64,000 nt of DNA, taken from the NCBI GenBank assembly GCA_963708075.1, contig OY970194.1, positions 5,952,001 to 6,016,000 on the forward strand, in the 5' to 3' direction. How positions within the stretch are numbered: position 1 is the stretch's first letter; the number at the start of each line of letters is the position of its first letter. The position numbers were made by a program, and so were the translations under genes. Shown here piece after piece: positions 1 through 10,498 of this stretch. Below the pieces are notes generated by a model that did no database searches, was not told the origin of the DNA, and was given only the letters and a program-made list of their open reading frames with translations. Source of the DNA: Sedimentisphaerales bacterium (GTDB lineage Bacteria; Planctomycetota; Phycisphaerae; Sedimentisphaerales; Anaerobacaceae).

Positions 1-1133
1 CCAAAGGGAACCATGCCCAGGAACATCATCGAGTACACGGCCATCACCCGCCCGCGCAGGTGGTCTGGAACCAGGGACTGAATGAGCGTGTTCGCCGAGG
101 CCAGCCCGATCATCATGGAGAATCCGGCGGGCAAAAGCAGGGTGGCAGACAGCCAGAATGAGCGAGAGCATGAGAACAGGATCAAGCTTGCCCCGAAACC
201 CACCGCCGCAAGTGCCATCCAGTGGCCCAGGCCTTGAATGTTCTTTTTCGCCGCCAGTACAAGGGCTCCCATCAGGGCGCCGAATCCCGATGCCCCCATC
301 AGTATTCCATACCCCCGCGATCCGCCGTGCAGAATCTGATCGGCGAAGATCGGCATGAGCACGGCGTAAGGCACTCCCAAAAGGCTGACGAGCCCGACCA
401 GCAACAGCAAGGCGCGAACCGGTCTCGTCCGTTGGATGTAGCGGAACCCTTCGATGATGCTGCCGATGGTTGAGCCGGCACGCGAGGCGTGCGTTTGGGC
501 AATCCCGGTCATCATCACAAGCCCGACAATCACGGCAATGAAGCTGATACCATTGGCCAGGAAACACCAGCCTTCACCGATGCTCGCGACCAGGACGCCC
601 GCCACCGCCGGCCCGACCATGCGTGCGCCGTTAATCATCAATGAATTCAGAGCGATGGCGTTGATGAGGTCCTCTCTGCCCACCATGTCCATGACAAATG
701 CCTGCCGCGTCGGAATGTCGAACGCGTTGACCACGCCAAGGAAACCGGCGAGCCCGAACACGTGCCAGACCTGCACGTAGCCCGTGAGCGTGAGAGCCGC
801 CAGAGTAAAGGCGAGGACCATGGCCGCGGTCTGCGTGCCAATGACGATGCAGCGGCGACTGTATCGATCGGCGGTGGAACCCCCGATCAGGCTCAGCAGG
901 AGGACCGGAATCTGACTGGAGAATGCGACAAATCCCAGCAGTCGCGCCGAGCCGGTCAACCTGTACACCAGCCAGGACTGTGCCGCGGCCTGCATCCACG
1001 TGCCGGTGAGCGAGGTGAACTGCCCTGCAAAGAACAGTTGATAGTTGCGGTGTCGAAGGGCACGCAGCAGGAATGGAATTCCCTTCGACCGCGAGGACTG
1101 CGGGTCCACAGATGCCTTCGCTTGCCCGCCCAT
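1..1133 (-). CDS. MFS transporter (runs off the left edge of the window)
   Basis: Manual translation from ATG 1133: MGGQAK...LRALRHRNYQLFFAGQFTSLTGTWMQAAAQSWLVYRLTGSARLLGFVAFSSQIP...GGSTADRYSRR. This is a typical MFS N-terminus followed by hydrophobic helices. Alternative GTG start at 1154. Confidence 0.9.
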   Translation of the reverse strand, partial: MGGQAKASVDPQSSRSKGIPFLLRALRHRNYQLFFAGQFTSLTGTWMQAAAQSWLVYRLTGSARLLGFVAFSSQIPVLLLSLIGGSTADRYSRRCIVIGTQTAAMVLAFTLAALTLTGYVQVWHVFGLAGFLGVVNAFDIPTRQAFVMDMVGREDLINAIALNSLMINGARMVGPAVAGVLVASIGEGWCFLANGISFIAVIVGLVMMTGIAQTHASRAGSTIGSIIEGFRYIQRTRPVRALLLLVGLVSLLGVPYAVLMPIFADQILHGGSRGYGILMGASGFGALMGALVLAAKKNIQGLGHWMALAAVGFGASLILFSCSRSFWLSATLLLPAGFSMMIGLASANTLIQSLVPDHLRGRVMAVYSMMFLGMVPF

Positions 1134-1164
1134 GTCACGATTCTCGTTGCCCACGTCTGTTGCC

Positions 1165-2931
1165 TTACTCCCGGCCCGGGGCATGTCGAGCCGGACGTTG
1201 GCCCGGTGCAGCCGGGTCATCGCAGCAGCCCATGATCTCGACATCGTTGAACATCTTGCCGATCACGCGGCGCAGCAGCCCCTTGAGGCCGGCGTTCTTC
1301 AACGCGATACAGCTTGCGATGGCCTGCGATTTGTACGCCTCCAGCAGCCGCCACGCGGAAGCCTCGATCTGGGCAGAGGCGATCATTTGACGCGCACGCT
1401 CGCGGTCCGCGTGCGTCGCTGAGCAGTCCCACAGATGCTCGATCTGCCTCTTGTCTGCCTCGCCTGCATTCTCATGGGCCAGAGCCAGAAGGATCGAGGG
1501 ACGCCTGCCGGTGAAGATCTCCTCGCTGTGCGGCGAGCGGAGGTCGTCGAGGTCATCGTGAATCTGGTAGGCGATGCCGAGCGACTCGCTGTACTGCTTG
1601 AGCACGCCGGCAATCTGCTCGTCGCAGCCGGCGAGTATCGCGCCGAGATTCAGCGCCACTTCAAACGCCGGGGCCGTCTTCATCCGGAAGATGTCGAGGA
1701 CCTCTTTGACCGTCAGCGGCCCGGGCGTGCGCATCCAAGCCAGCTCGCTGCCCTGGCCCAGGCACAGACTACGATGCCCCCGGGCGGCGGCATCGAGGAG
1801 CTTGACTTTCTTTGCATCAGGCGCCTTCACTTCGGCCAGGAGCCTGTACCCTTCGCCAAGCAGCAGATCACCCACGTTGAGCGCGATCGGCACGCCGTAC
1901 TCCGCGTGAAGCGTCCTCTGGCCGTACCGCTCCGCGTCCCCATCCTCGATATCGTCGTGGATCAGGGATGCCTTGTGGAAGCACTCGACGGCGATGGCCA
2001 CTTTGCGGAGGTCTGCCTCGTCCACGTGGGACTCATCCGTGCAGAAGGCGCGATAGGTGCAGACGGCCAGGAACGGCCGCCATCGTTTTCCCGCCCTGGC
2101 CAGCCATTCGAGCGCCACCTGCTCTGTCTGGTTCATGTAGTTTGTAGGGTGTGCATCGCACACCTTCTCCTCGCCGATGGGCTGTTGGTGTGCGGTGCAC
2201 ACCCTACCGAGCAACAAGGCGAGTGCTTCGCGTGAAAACCAGCCGTCCACCTGCCGGTGCAGCGCATCGAGGTCGAGGCGGCGCGTCTGATCGTCGGTGG
2301 TCTGATAGATGGCCTCCCAGACCCAGTCGAGGTCCACGCTCGTGTTGGCGCAGCCGTCCTGGAGCAGGGGGATCGCAATGCCGGGAACCGCCCCGGCTTC
2401 CATGTACGGGAACACTCGTTCGAGAACGGACAGGCAACTGACGCCGACAACGCCCTGAATCTTGCCGGTCTCGATGAGGGACATCACCACCGGCGAGCCC
2501 TCTGCGACGAGCACGGCGTATCCGAGCCGCTCCGCCTGCTCCTTGAAATCGTTGATCACGCACCGGCCGCAATGCTCGCACAGCAGGCCGATCTCGTCAA
2601 AGCTCGCGGGACAGCCATCGACGCTGCGCAGACATTTGGATAGCAGGAGCAAACGCTTCTCAAAGGGAATGGCCGCCACGGTTTCGCGCCAGGCCTCGTT
2701 ATTTATCAGCACGGCGGCGAAGTCCGTGTACTTGGGGTCCGTACTGGTTTTTTCGAGTACAACTCGCGTGTGGGCCCGCAGCTCGTCCAGGGTCAAAGGA
2801 GGGACCGGCCGCTCCTGCTCGACGTAGGCACGGATGGCCGCAAGCAGCTTGTCGCGTGCGTGCTTGCTCTGCGGAATGTTATCCTGAGGCGGCCTCAACG
2901 GCTTGGCCGTCATCACACGGTCATCAGGCAT
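1165..2931 (-). CDS. DUF116-like Cys-rich domain fused to a polyprenyl (trans-isoprenyl diphosphate) synthase
   Basis: N-terminal half: KCLR..GCPA...[25 protein letters not shown]-terminal half: [40 protein letters not shown] 2931 overlaps the upstream stop (ATGCCTGA). Confidence 0.88.
   Translation of the reverse strand: MPDDRVMTAKPLRPPQDNIPQSKHARDKLLAAIRAYVEQERPVPPLTLDELRAHTRVVLEKTSTDPKYTDFAAVLINNEAWRETVAAIPFEKRLLLLSKCLRSVDGCPASFDEIGLLCEHCGRCVINDFKEQAERLGYAVLVAEGSPVVMSLIETGKIQGVVGVSCLSVLERVFPYMEAGAVPGIAIPLLQDGCANTSVDLDWVWEAIYQTTDDQTRRLDLDALHRQVDGWFSREALALLLGRVCTAHQQPIGEEKVCDAHPTNYMNQTEQVALEWLARAGKRWRPFLAVCTYRAFCTDESHVDEADLRKVAIAVECFHKASLIHDDIEDGDAERYGQRTLHAEYGVPIALNVGDLLLGEGYRLLAEVKAPDAKKVKLLDAAARGHRSLCLGQGSELAWMRTPGPLTVKEVLDIFRMKTAPAFEVALNLGAILAGCDEQIAGVLKQYSESLGIAYQIHDDLDDLRSPHSEEIFTGRRPSILLALAHENAGEADKRQIEHLWDCSATHADRERARQMIASAQIEASAWRLLEAYKSQAIASCIALKNAGLKGLLRRVIGKMFNDVEIMGCCDDPAAPGQRPARHAPGRE
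2144..2207. repeat. GTAG-type REP doublet inside the polyprenyl synthase CDS
   Basis: GTAGGGTGTGCATCGCACACC (2144-2164) and its inverted partner GGTGTGCGGTGCACACCCTAC (2187-2207), 1 mismatch. Confidence 0.8.
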
Positions 2932-4495
2932 ACGCTTGCTTCTCCTCAACCACAGTGCCGGCCGATTGTGCCAATTGCCTGCCCAACCTCTTGAAGGCCC
3001 GTCGCCAGGTGACGATCTCACCCTTGCCCAGGGTTTGCATGATCGCCCGCTTGATCCAGGGCACGCCGCCGGCCCGCTCGTTATCCCAGAACAGCCGCGG
3101 CACCATTTCGAAATTCAATTCGTAGCACGTTCGGTACAACTCTAAATGCTCGGGTGTCATGCTGTCGAGAGAGAACCTGTGGCCGGATGCGATCTCCTCT
3201 TGTGACACGGGCTCATAGAATATAGGGAACACGACCGCGCGTTTGCGGCGCAGGTCTTTCACAAGCTCCAGCGTGGCCGTGACGTCTGCCGGCGTCTCGC
3301 CAGGCAGGCCCAGGATGATGCTGAAGACCGGGAAGAACCCGCAGCGGTTCATTCGGTCGGCCGCCTTGCGAATCATCTGGCCCCAGTTCTCAGGGTCGAA
3401 TGGCGCGATCTTGCCGGGGCTGTTGGCTGCCACCAGGCGCCCGTTGGCGCTCTCTGCACCCATGTTTACCCACAGATAGTCGCTCTTTTGCTCCCATGTC
3501 AGCAGGCGCCGGATCTCCTTGAGTTGCTCGTCGCTCAACTGGAGGACGGAAGAGATGTTCGCGTGGTCGATCTGCATGAAGGAGAGGCCCTTGATCTCCC
3601 GCATGCGTGATAGCAGGCCGTGGAGCCTGTCGAAGTCCGGCCTCACCCCTTGAGCGCCATAGCGGAAGAAATCCTCGCTGCCGCTGACGACCGCCCGCAG
3701 TCCGCCCGCCACGTTCGTCTGTAAGTCCGCGAGAATCGTCTCCTCATCCAGATGCGCCATCTTCTGGCGTGCCATGGCGCAGAACTTGCACCCGCGACCG
3801 CAGCCCCGCGACAATTCGATGATTCCCAGCAGCGACGGCCCCCGGATTGGCTGTATACGCTCAGCGCCGATGTCGGAATCGATGACGTTGGTACCGCAAG
3901 AGCGGCCGCTCAGCAGATCCGAGAAAAGCTGCGGGCCGGACGACTCGAAGTAGCCTTGAAAGACCACATCGGTATCGACGTCGGGTGTTTTGTCGCGGTG
4001 CGAGAGCCATTGCCAGGCGCCGGCTCCGCCCACGACGATCTTGAAGCCGTACTTGCGTTTGAACGCCGTGAGCTGCTCAAGAGTCTTCCGCGTCCAGTAC
4101 TTCGTGTATAGCTCGCCCGACCAGAAACTGGCCGTGGTGGTATTGGACATTCCCATGCCCAACGGGTCGCTGGAGCTGAACGCGACGAGCTTGACCCACG
4201 GTCCCATCAGGTCGGCCAGCCGCTCGGGCGTCGTGCAAACGATGTCCTCGCTGTGCAGGGCGGTGTACTTCAGCAACGCCGACTCGACCCGCCGCAGCCC
4301 AAGCGGGGCGACGTGGGCCCGCCCACCCGCATCCGTCGGTACGCGCGGCGCCAGGAAGCGACGCATGAACACCTCCGGCAAATGCGTGGTTTGCATGGTC
4401 GCGAACATCCCCTCGAACAGGATCCGGTAGCTCGCGCTGAGCGTCCGGTCTGCGACGAGAATGACAGCAGGCCGCAGGGAGTTGTCACCCGTCAT
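2924..4495 (-). CDS. B12-binding-like domain / radical SAM protein, resembles the archaeal Grs (GDGT ring synthase) family
   Basis: CxxxCxxC in [16 protein letters not shown] motif ([12 protein letters not shown]). Also [58 protein letters not shown]. Start may be 4519. Confidence 0.85.
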   Translation of the reverse strand: MTGDNSLRPAVILVADRTLSASYRILFEGMFATMQTTHLPEVFMRRFLAPRVPTDAGGRAHVAPLGLRRVESALLKYTALHSEDIVCTTPERLADLMGPWVKLVAFSSSDPLGMGMSNTTTASFWSGELYTKYWTRKTLEQLTAFKRKYGFKIVVGGAGAWQWLSHRDKTPDVDTDVVFQGYFESSGPQLFSDLLSGRSCGTNVIDSDIGAERIQPIRGPSLLGIIELSRGCGRGCKFCAMARQKMAHLDEETILADLQTNVAGGLRAVVSGSEDFFRYGAQGVRPDFDRLHGLLSRMREIKGLSFMQIDHANISSVLQLSDEQLKEIRRLLTWEQKSDYLWVNMGAESANGRLVAANSPGKIAPFDPENWGQMIRKAADRMNRCGFFPVFSIILGLPGETPADVTATLELVKDLRRKRAVVFPIFYEPVSQEEIASGHRFSLDSMTPEHLELYRTCYELNFEMVPRLFWDNERAGGVPWIKRAIMQTLGKGEIVTWRRAFKRLGRQLAQSAGTVVEEKQAYA

Positions 4496-5438
4496 GGTCT
4501 GCGTCCTTCCTGTCGGCATCGGCGGTCCGGCCCGACGATTGTCCTGAATTCCCCTGTGATTTGGCGGTGATCCGCTGGACTTCGCTGGGCGAGAGAGAAG
4601 TCAGCACATCCTCCGGGATGCCCAACTCGCGCCGCAGGCTCTCCAGCGTGGGACAGGATCGAGCGGCCGACTGCCCATCCGCTTGCTTTGCGAACCGCTT
4701 GTGCCCCGCCCCGCGTCGGCGGATCGTCTCAAGAATATCGCCCGTAGGGGCAACCCCCTGTGGTTGCCCAACCTGTGCTTGGTCCGGGACCTCTTCGCCA
4801 TTGATATGCGCGTCCGCGTATTTCGGGAAGATGATCGCCTGGTGCGGGCACATTCGGGCACAGGCGGGGCAGTTGGTCTTGCAGCCGGCCGGCTTTCGCA
4901 CCTCGACCCGGCCCTCGTCCGACAACGCGTACACGCCAAACAGACAGAAGTCCAGACATCGTCTGCAATTGTGGCACCGGTCATAGTCAATCACGGGGAA
5001 CCACGGAACCCAATCTGATTGATGATCGATTATTGATGATTGATGATTTGCTGCGCCGGCCGAAGGGGCGGATTTCTCTTCAATCATCAATAATCCATTA
5101 TCCTTCATCAATCCTCGGATGATTTCCTCCGGGGCTTGCGTTCTCATGTTGAAGAGCCGGGCCTGCCCGTTCAGGGGGACCCCGGCCGCGTGGAACAGCC
5201 AGCGAACGGCCCGGGCAAAGCACGCCACAATAGTCAGGGGGGCTCCGTCGGCCCAGGTCTTCAGTCGCAGGTCGCGATTGGCGGCCAGCCCGCACAGGTC
5301 CGGGACCACTTCCAGCGTCACGCCGCTCTGCCGCAGGCCGGCGAGAATCTGCTCTCTTGAGGCCCGGGGGATGATGTCATAATGATCGCACCCACAGAGT
5401 ACCACCCGCGGCCGTTTTGCCGTTTCAGCTACCGTCAT
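4485..5438 (-). CDS. 4Fe-4S ferredoxin-domain protein
   Basis: [16 protein letters not shown] and [15 protein letters not shown], plus N-terminal CGC/DLC/ACF motifs. Confidence 0.85.
   Translation of the reverse strand: MTVAETAKRPRVVLCGCDHYDIIPRASREQILAGLRQSGVTLEVVPDLCGLAANRDLRLKTWADGAPLTIVACFARAVRWLFHAAGVPLNGQARLFNMRTQAPEEIIRGLMKDNGLLMIEEKSAPSAGAANHQSSIIDHQSDWVPWFPVIDYDRCHNCRRCLDFCLFGVYALSDEGRVEVRKPAGCKTNCPACARMCPHQAIIFPKYADAHINGEEVPDQAQVGQPQGVAPTGDILETIRRRGAGHKRFAKQADGQSAARSCPTLESLRRELGIPEDVLTSLSPSEVQRITAKSQGNSGQSSGRTADADRKDADHDG
5016..5113. repeat. Inverted heptamer-type repeat element (GATGATT-like) inside the ferredoxin CDS
   Basis: gattgatgatcgattattgatgattgatgatt ... caatcatcaataatccattatccttcatcaatc. 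AT-rich against a GC-rich gene. Confidence 0.7.
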
Positions 5439-5521
5439 GACGCACTGCCCTATGTACCAGGAAGCCTGTGTGGGACCGGGATCGTGCGACGCCCACAGGA
5501 CTCATCCACAACGAGGCCACT

Positions 5522-5550
5522 CGTAGGGGCGGGTTTCAAACCCGCCCGCA
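5522..5550. repeat. GTAG REP hairpin (identical copy at 55986-56014)
   Basis: CGTAGGGGCGGGTTTCAAACCCGCCCGCA occurs at both positions. Confidence 0.85.
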
Positions 5551-5608
5551 TCCGGCCCCTACCTTCGTCGCAGCCCCGATTATACCCGATCTTCGCCCCC
5601 ATAGTTCA

Positions 5609-6841
5609 CTATTTGATGTCGTATGCGATCAGGGCGTCGCCATGGCGGATGTACAGCCGGCCGCCGGCAATCGTCGGATGGGCCCAATGCTCGTTCGTCC
5701 CCTCGGAAATGGCGAACTGGCTCACCGGCTCGAACGCCGCCGCACTTGGCTTGACCAGACACATCGTCCCATCCTGCCCATAGACGTACAACATCCCATC
5801 GGCAGCGACCACTACTGCCATCTTCGTCGTCGGAGCGTTCCACATCACCTTGCCCGTCTTCCACTCCATGCAGACAAGGCCCTTATTGCCGCTCTGAGCT
5901 GTGCCATAGATATAGCCGTCGATCAGAATCGTACCCTGCATCTGACAATCGAGCGTCTTCTCCGCCCATTTCGGCGCCGCACTGGGGCTGCTCTCCGCCA
6001 GCGACAGCATCGCACTGCCCGTTCCCATGCCCGACGACACAAAGACCATCCCATCCTGATACAGCGGCGGATTGGGCTGCACCCCCGCCCGGTGCGGATA
6101 TTCATGCCGCCAGACGACCTCGCCCGTCCCCGGATCGACCGCCACGACACCCTGCGCCAGCATGGTAAGGATAAGCTGCTTCCCATTGTGATTGACAAGC
6201 CGGGCCGAGCAGCAACCCGGAGCCTGACTGAGCCCCTTCGTCTGCCAGAGGACCTCGCCCGTGTTCTTATCGAAGGCCACAAGCGACGCATCCGTCCCGC
6301 CCACCGTGCAGACCGCCTTCTGACCATCCACAAGCACCGACTCGGCGAACCCAAATTTCGCCTGCCCGGCCCCAAATCGCTCCAGCAGATCCACCGTTTT
6401 GAGCACCTGCCCCTTGGCCGCATCGAAGGTGATGAACTTGCCAAGCCCGGTCACGAGATACGCCCGGTCGCCGTCAATGGTTGGCGTTGCACGCGTGCCC
6501 GCCACCGCCGGACCCTGTTTGTCCAGCTCCGCCCCGTACGCCACCTTCCACTTCGGCGACCCATCGAGCCCAAACGCGAACAGGTAACCCTGCTTCTGCT
6601 CATCCATCCCGGTCACATAAATGACGCCGTTCGCCACCGCGGCCGACGAATACCCCTGCCCCAGCCTCTTAGCCGTCCAGGCCACCTTCGGCCCGCCCTC
6701 CGGCCACCGCTTCAACAGCCCCGTCTCCGGGAACACTCCATCCCCCGCCGCCCCACGAAACCGCGGACAATCCGCCCCCTGAATCCCCGCCGCCAAAGCG
6801 ACTACCACAACGAGCGCTGAAACAATTGTTGTCGCGTTCAT
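5609..6841 (-). CDS. Secreted PQQ-like/BamB-type beta-propeller protein
   Basis: Signal peptide, DCPRFRG, repeated D..TG...W blades, C-terminal WAHPTIAGGRLYIRHG. Confidence 0.9.
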   Translation of the reverse strand: MNATTIVSALVVVVALAAGIQGADCPRFRGAAGDGVFPETGLLKRWPEGGPKVAWTAKRLGQGYSSAAVANGVIYVTGMDEQKQGYLFAFGLDGSPKWKVAYGAELDKQGPAVAGTRATPTIDGDRAYLVTGLGKFITFDAAKGQVLKTVDLLERFGAGQAKFGFAESVLVDGQKAVCTVGGTDASLVAFDKNTGEVLWQTKGLSQAPGCCSARLVNHNGKQLILTMLAQGVVAVDPGTGEVVWRHEYPHRAGVQPNPPLYQDGMVFVSSGMGTGSAMLSLAESSPSAAPKWAEKTLDCQMQGTILIDGYIYGTAQSGNKGLVCMEWKTGKVMWNAPTTKMAVVVAADGMLYVYGQDGTMCLVKPSAAAFEPVSQFAISEGTNEHWAHPTIAGGRLYIRHGDALIAYDIK

Positions 6842-6877
6842 AATTTGCCTCCTTTTTCTGCGATTATACCATTCTTG

Positions 6878-8077
6878 TCACTTTGCGAACAGACCCGCAC
6901 CTATTCGGGCGGCCTCGGACCCTTCGATAGGATGGAGATAGTTCCGTTTGGTCTGATCCATCTCCAGTGCAATCGGTTGGTCCGCCATCTTCGTCCCGAT
7001 GAGTTCGAGAAAGGACGGATCGATGTCTCTGAAATTGAGTGCCGGCCCTCCGCCGGACCCGGTGAACTTCTTATTGGCCGCAAACAGACTGTCATGCACC
7101 TTGTAGTGCACGGGTTCACGCGGCGCTCCGCCCGGTCCTCTCGGTGGCCCACCGCCGGGACCGCCGCCGGCCTGCCCTGCTTCCCCACGCGCCGATGCGG
7201 CTCCCTGTGCGATCCAGACATAGTTGGAGTTCGTGACGATGTTGTTGCGATACTCGAAATCGTTGGCAATGCCAGAGGTCCAGATCCCACAACCGTACGC
7301 GCCGTAGACGAGGCAGTTTCGCATGGCGTGGCCTGTACTGCCGCCGGTCCAATACACGACGGGCTGCTTGAGGTTGTAGAAGATGCAGTGGTCGAGAACG
7401 ATGCCGGTGCCGTTCGCGAGAATACCGAGATGGTTGGGATTCGTTACCTCATCGCCGGCAAAAAGGCACTGCTTGATCTCCAGATCATCCAGGTCGCGGC
7501 CGTTCCTCCCGATGGGATAGACGCGGTGGATGATTCCCGGCTTCGGATGCTCGACCACGGGTATGCCCAGAATCTTGAGCCCCTGGATCGTGACATGGCT
7601 GGTCTCGATCTGCATCCCATAGGCCACACCGCCGAAAGGATCGGGCCGTCTATTCCATGTTGGCGACAGCGGCATGGTGTGGATGAGCGTCGGCATACGG
7701 CCTGGATGCCAGTCGGTGTCATCCGGCAGCACCTCGGCTCGAATCGTCAACCGGCTGTCCTTGGTGAAAGACCGGTTTGCCGGCTTGAACTCGGCGGTCT
7801 CGCCGACCGCATACACGCCTTCCGAGAGGATGATCGTCATCGCTGTCGTGCCGTTACTCTCATTGATGCGCCGTGCGGCGGGCGCCAGCGTCCTTAAGGG
7901 GCTGTCTCTGGCCCCGGAGTTACCGTCGGACCCTGTCGCAGGATGCAGATAAATCGTGATGGCATCCGTTGGAGACGCTTTTGCGCCGCCCTCTTGTGCG
8001 AGAATACGCCCGGGGCAAGAGAACGAGGCCCCAACACCAGCCGCAAGAACCACCGAGAAGACTTGTCGTCTGTTCAT
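6878..8077 (-). CDS. Exported protein, probable right-handed beta-helix (pectin-lyase-like)
   Basis: MNRRQVF Tat-like leader, IYLHPATGSDGNSG...PLRTL motif, beta-helix-like repeats, G/P-rich insert. Confidence 0.65.
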   Translation of the reverse strand: MNRRQVFSVVLAAGVGASFSCPGRILAQEGGAKASPTDAITIYLHPATGSDGNSGARDSPLRTLAPAARRINESNGTTAMTIILSEGVYAVGETAEFKPANRSFTKDSRLTIRAEVLPDDTDWHPGRMPTLIHTMPLSPTWNRRPDPFGGVAYGMQIETSHVTIQGLKILGIPVVEHPKPGIIHRVYPIGRNGRDLDDLEIKQCLFAGDEVTNPNHLGILANGTGIVLDHCIFYNLKQPVVYWTGGSTGHAMRNCLVYGAYGCGIWTSGIANDFEYRNNIVTNSNYVWIAQGAASARGEAGQAGGGPGGGPPRGPGGAPREPVHYKVHDSLFAANKKFTGSGGGPALNFRDIDPSFLELIGTKMADQPIALEMDQTKRNYLHPIEGSEAARIGAGLFAK

Positions 8078-8206
8078 AAAGCCGTCTCCTTGAATCAGAG
8101 TTTGAGATCCCGGTCGTAGCCAACCAGGGTAGCAGCCCCAAGGCAGTTGAAGGACCTCGAAGACGGTCAATATGCAACCATCCCCAAGCTGCACTTGAGG
8201 CTGCCC

Positions 8207-9687
8207 CTACTTGGTAATACAGTAAAGGTGGTCGACACCGCGCAGCAATAGACTCTCATCCATGACCGCCACAGAAGACCAGAACATCTCATCGAGCTTA
8301 TTGGTCGCAAGCACCTCCAGCTTCGGACCCGCTTTCAAAACCACCGTGACTCCGGTCTCGTCGAGGCAAAAGACCTTGCCGTCATTTCCCCAGGGCGAGG
8401 ACGTGAAGCCTTTGGCCCCTTCTATCCGCTCGCTGTAGTTCTCCTTGCCCGTCTTGGCATCGTAACATCTGACTTGGCCTCTCTGTTGGTCGAGCATATA
8501 AAGGCATCCCTCATAGAGTAGAGGCGAGGCAACGCGAAACGTCCGTAGCTGGTTGCTCCACGCGACGAACGTGTTGGACGTCTCGCCTTCCTTGAGGGAG
8601 ATATCGCCCGACGCCCCGGCACGGATGGCAACGATAGGGCCACGCCCTCCCATCATGCGATCAACAGAGTCCGCGTAGAGAAGCTCCTGATCCCCTACGG
8701 GTGTGAGGGAGTTGCGGCCGGCCCCGCTCATCTCCCAGAGTATCTGCCCATTCTCCGGATTATACGACTGCAGCTTGCTGCCACCGGCTGTAATCAGCTC
8801 GGTTTGCTGTTTGTTCTTCCAGATATAGGGAGTGGACCAGTTCGACTTCTCGTTGCGATCGACGCGCCAAAGTTCATTTCCGGTCTTCTTGTCGAGAGCA
8901 ACAAGGAACGATTTCTGGTCGTTGTCGCATTGGATGAAGACGCGGCCGCCGTAGAGCAGGGGTGAACTGCCCGTGCCCCAGCCCAGTTGCATCGGGTACA
9001 CACCCAGGTCCTTGCTCCATACGAGATTGCCGGAGACATCATAGCAGTACAGGCCTGTGTTGCCGAAGTAGGCAATCACATGTTCACCATCGGTGGCGGG
9101 CGTTTCCGAGGCGTAGGTGTTGTTTTGGTTGACTGTGGCCCTTGGCTTGCCTTCACAAGCTGTCTTCTCCCAGAGAATGTTTCCCGTGACGCCGTCGAGG
9201 CAAATCAGCTTCCAAGAATAGAGCTTATCCGGCGGTGGCGGCGGCGGGCCGAAGCCACGGAAACCACCTGAGCCACCAGGGCCACGAGAATCATCTGGAG
9301 CTCCTGGCCCGCCGGGGCCACGCAAACCATCTGGACCTCCTGGCCCAGGGGGGCCGCGGAAACCAGAACTGCTGGAAGTGGGTCCATCGGCTATGGCCAC
9401 AGGATTGAAGTTTCCGGCCTCAGGTTTCACCTGATTCTCCGTTACGGCGGTGGTCACGAAGATCTTGTTGCCCCAGACAATGGGCTGTGACCATCCCTTC
9501 CCGGGGAGTGCAACCTTCCACGCGATGTTCTTGTCTTGTCCCCACTCTGCGGGGAGTCTCTTCTCTGGTGCCAGGCCGCTGGCTTCAGGCCCACGCCACT
9601 GCGGCCAGCTCTGTGCGCGGCGCAACTCGCGCCAATCAGTAACACGCAAACCGCAGCTTCTATGGACCATCGATGCATCCTTCTCAT
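8207..9687 (-). pseudogene. PQQ-like beta-propeller protein with an apparent frameshift just after the signal peptide (~9612-9620)
   Basis: GGAG RBS plus ATG 9687 gives MRRMHRWSIEAAVCVLLIGASCAA. The mature AQSWPQWRGP... is in another frame. Could be a sequence error. Confidence 0.7.
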
Positions 9688-9745
9688 GGTAGTTCTCCGG
9701 TGAGTAGTTTGTCCTGGTTCACACACCAGGATTTCACGGTTCATG

Positions 9746-10498
9746 TTATCGTGGCTCCCGCTGCTGTGCCTGCTCGTCCGCTGCAATCTTGACGACTCGG
9801 AACAGATGACGGTCCCCTGGCGTTCGCACGTATCCGCTCGCAACCAAGGGTTTTGACGTTCCATGTGCTTGAATGCCGGCTGCGACTGGATTGTGCTCCA
9901 GGTAATAAATACTCGTGCCGTCGGCTGTCACCACCCGGAGTGCAGGCCAATGCTCATGTCCTTCGTGCAATACGCAAGCCGTGCACACAACTTCCCCCTT
10001 GATCGTCGTCATAGCCTGTGCTGAATGGGGAGACGCCAACCACACCACACCAATGATCGCGAGAGCAGCCAACGAAGCGGCCCAGACGATCGCACCAGGC
10101 CGATAAGCCATTGCCCAGAGGCTTCTTAACTCGGTGCGGATGGTGTCGGTTAATTGCCGGGAAGGCCCCAACAGGATAGCTTGGGATTCTTCGAGTTCCT
10201 GGTCTTGCCTGAAACCGTCAGACTCAAGTTCCGTTCGCACAGCGTTAGCAAATGCGTCCGCTCCTTCCCCCTCAGCTTGCAGTCTTGTCTTCAAACCTCG
10301 TACAAATGCCTCGGCTGAACGCTCTGGCGACTGCGCATGTGACCACATTTCCCACAAGACCAGGTGCTGCTGCAAGTTCCGCCCCAATGCAGGTGATTCG
10401 GCCAGGGCGCGGGCCAACTCCTCCGCTTCCGGCGCCGTCATCTCCCCTTCAAGCAAGCGGCTCAGTAAGTCCTCGTATCGCTCGGGATTCACAGCCAC
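9746..10498 (-). CDS. Putative membrane anti-sigma factor
   Basis: Overlaps the ECF sigma stop. N-terminal LLSRLLEGEMT..E.EEL, one TM helix, C-terminal C..C/H motif. Confidence 0.65.
   Translation of the reverse strand: MAVNPERYEDLLSRLLEGEMTAPEAEELARALAESPALGRNLQQHLVLWEMWSHAQSPERSAEAFVRGLKTRLQAEGEGADAFANAVRTELESDGFRQDQELEESQAILLGPSRQLTDTIRTELRSLWAMAYRPGAIVWAASLAALAIIGVVWLASPHSAQAMTTIKGEVVCTACVLHEGHEHWPALRVVTADGTSIYYLEHNPVAAGIQAHGTSKPLVASGYVRTPGDRHLFRVVKIAADEQAQQREPR

Noticed and set aside
9237..9362. GPGG-rich tandem-like segment as a mobile repeat
   Set aside because: Degenerate codons encoding a G/P low-complexity loop, common in such propeller proteins.
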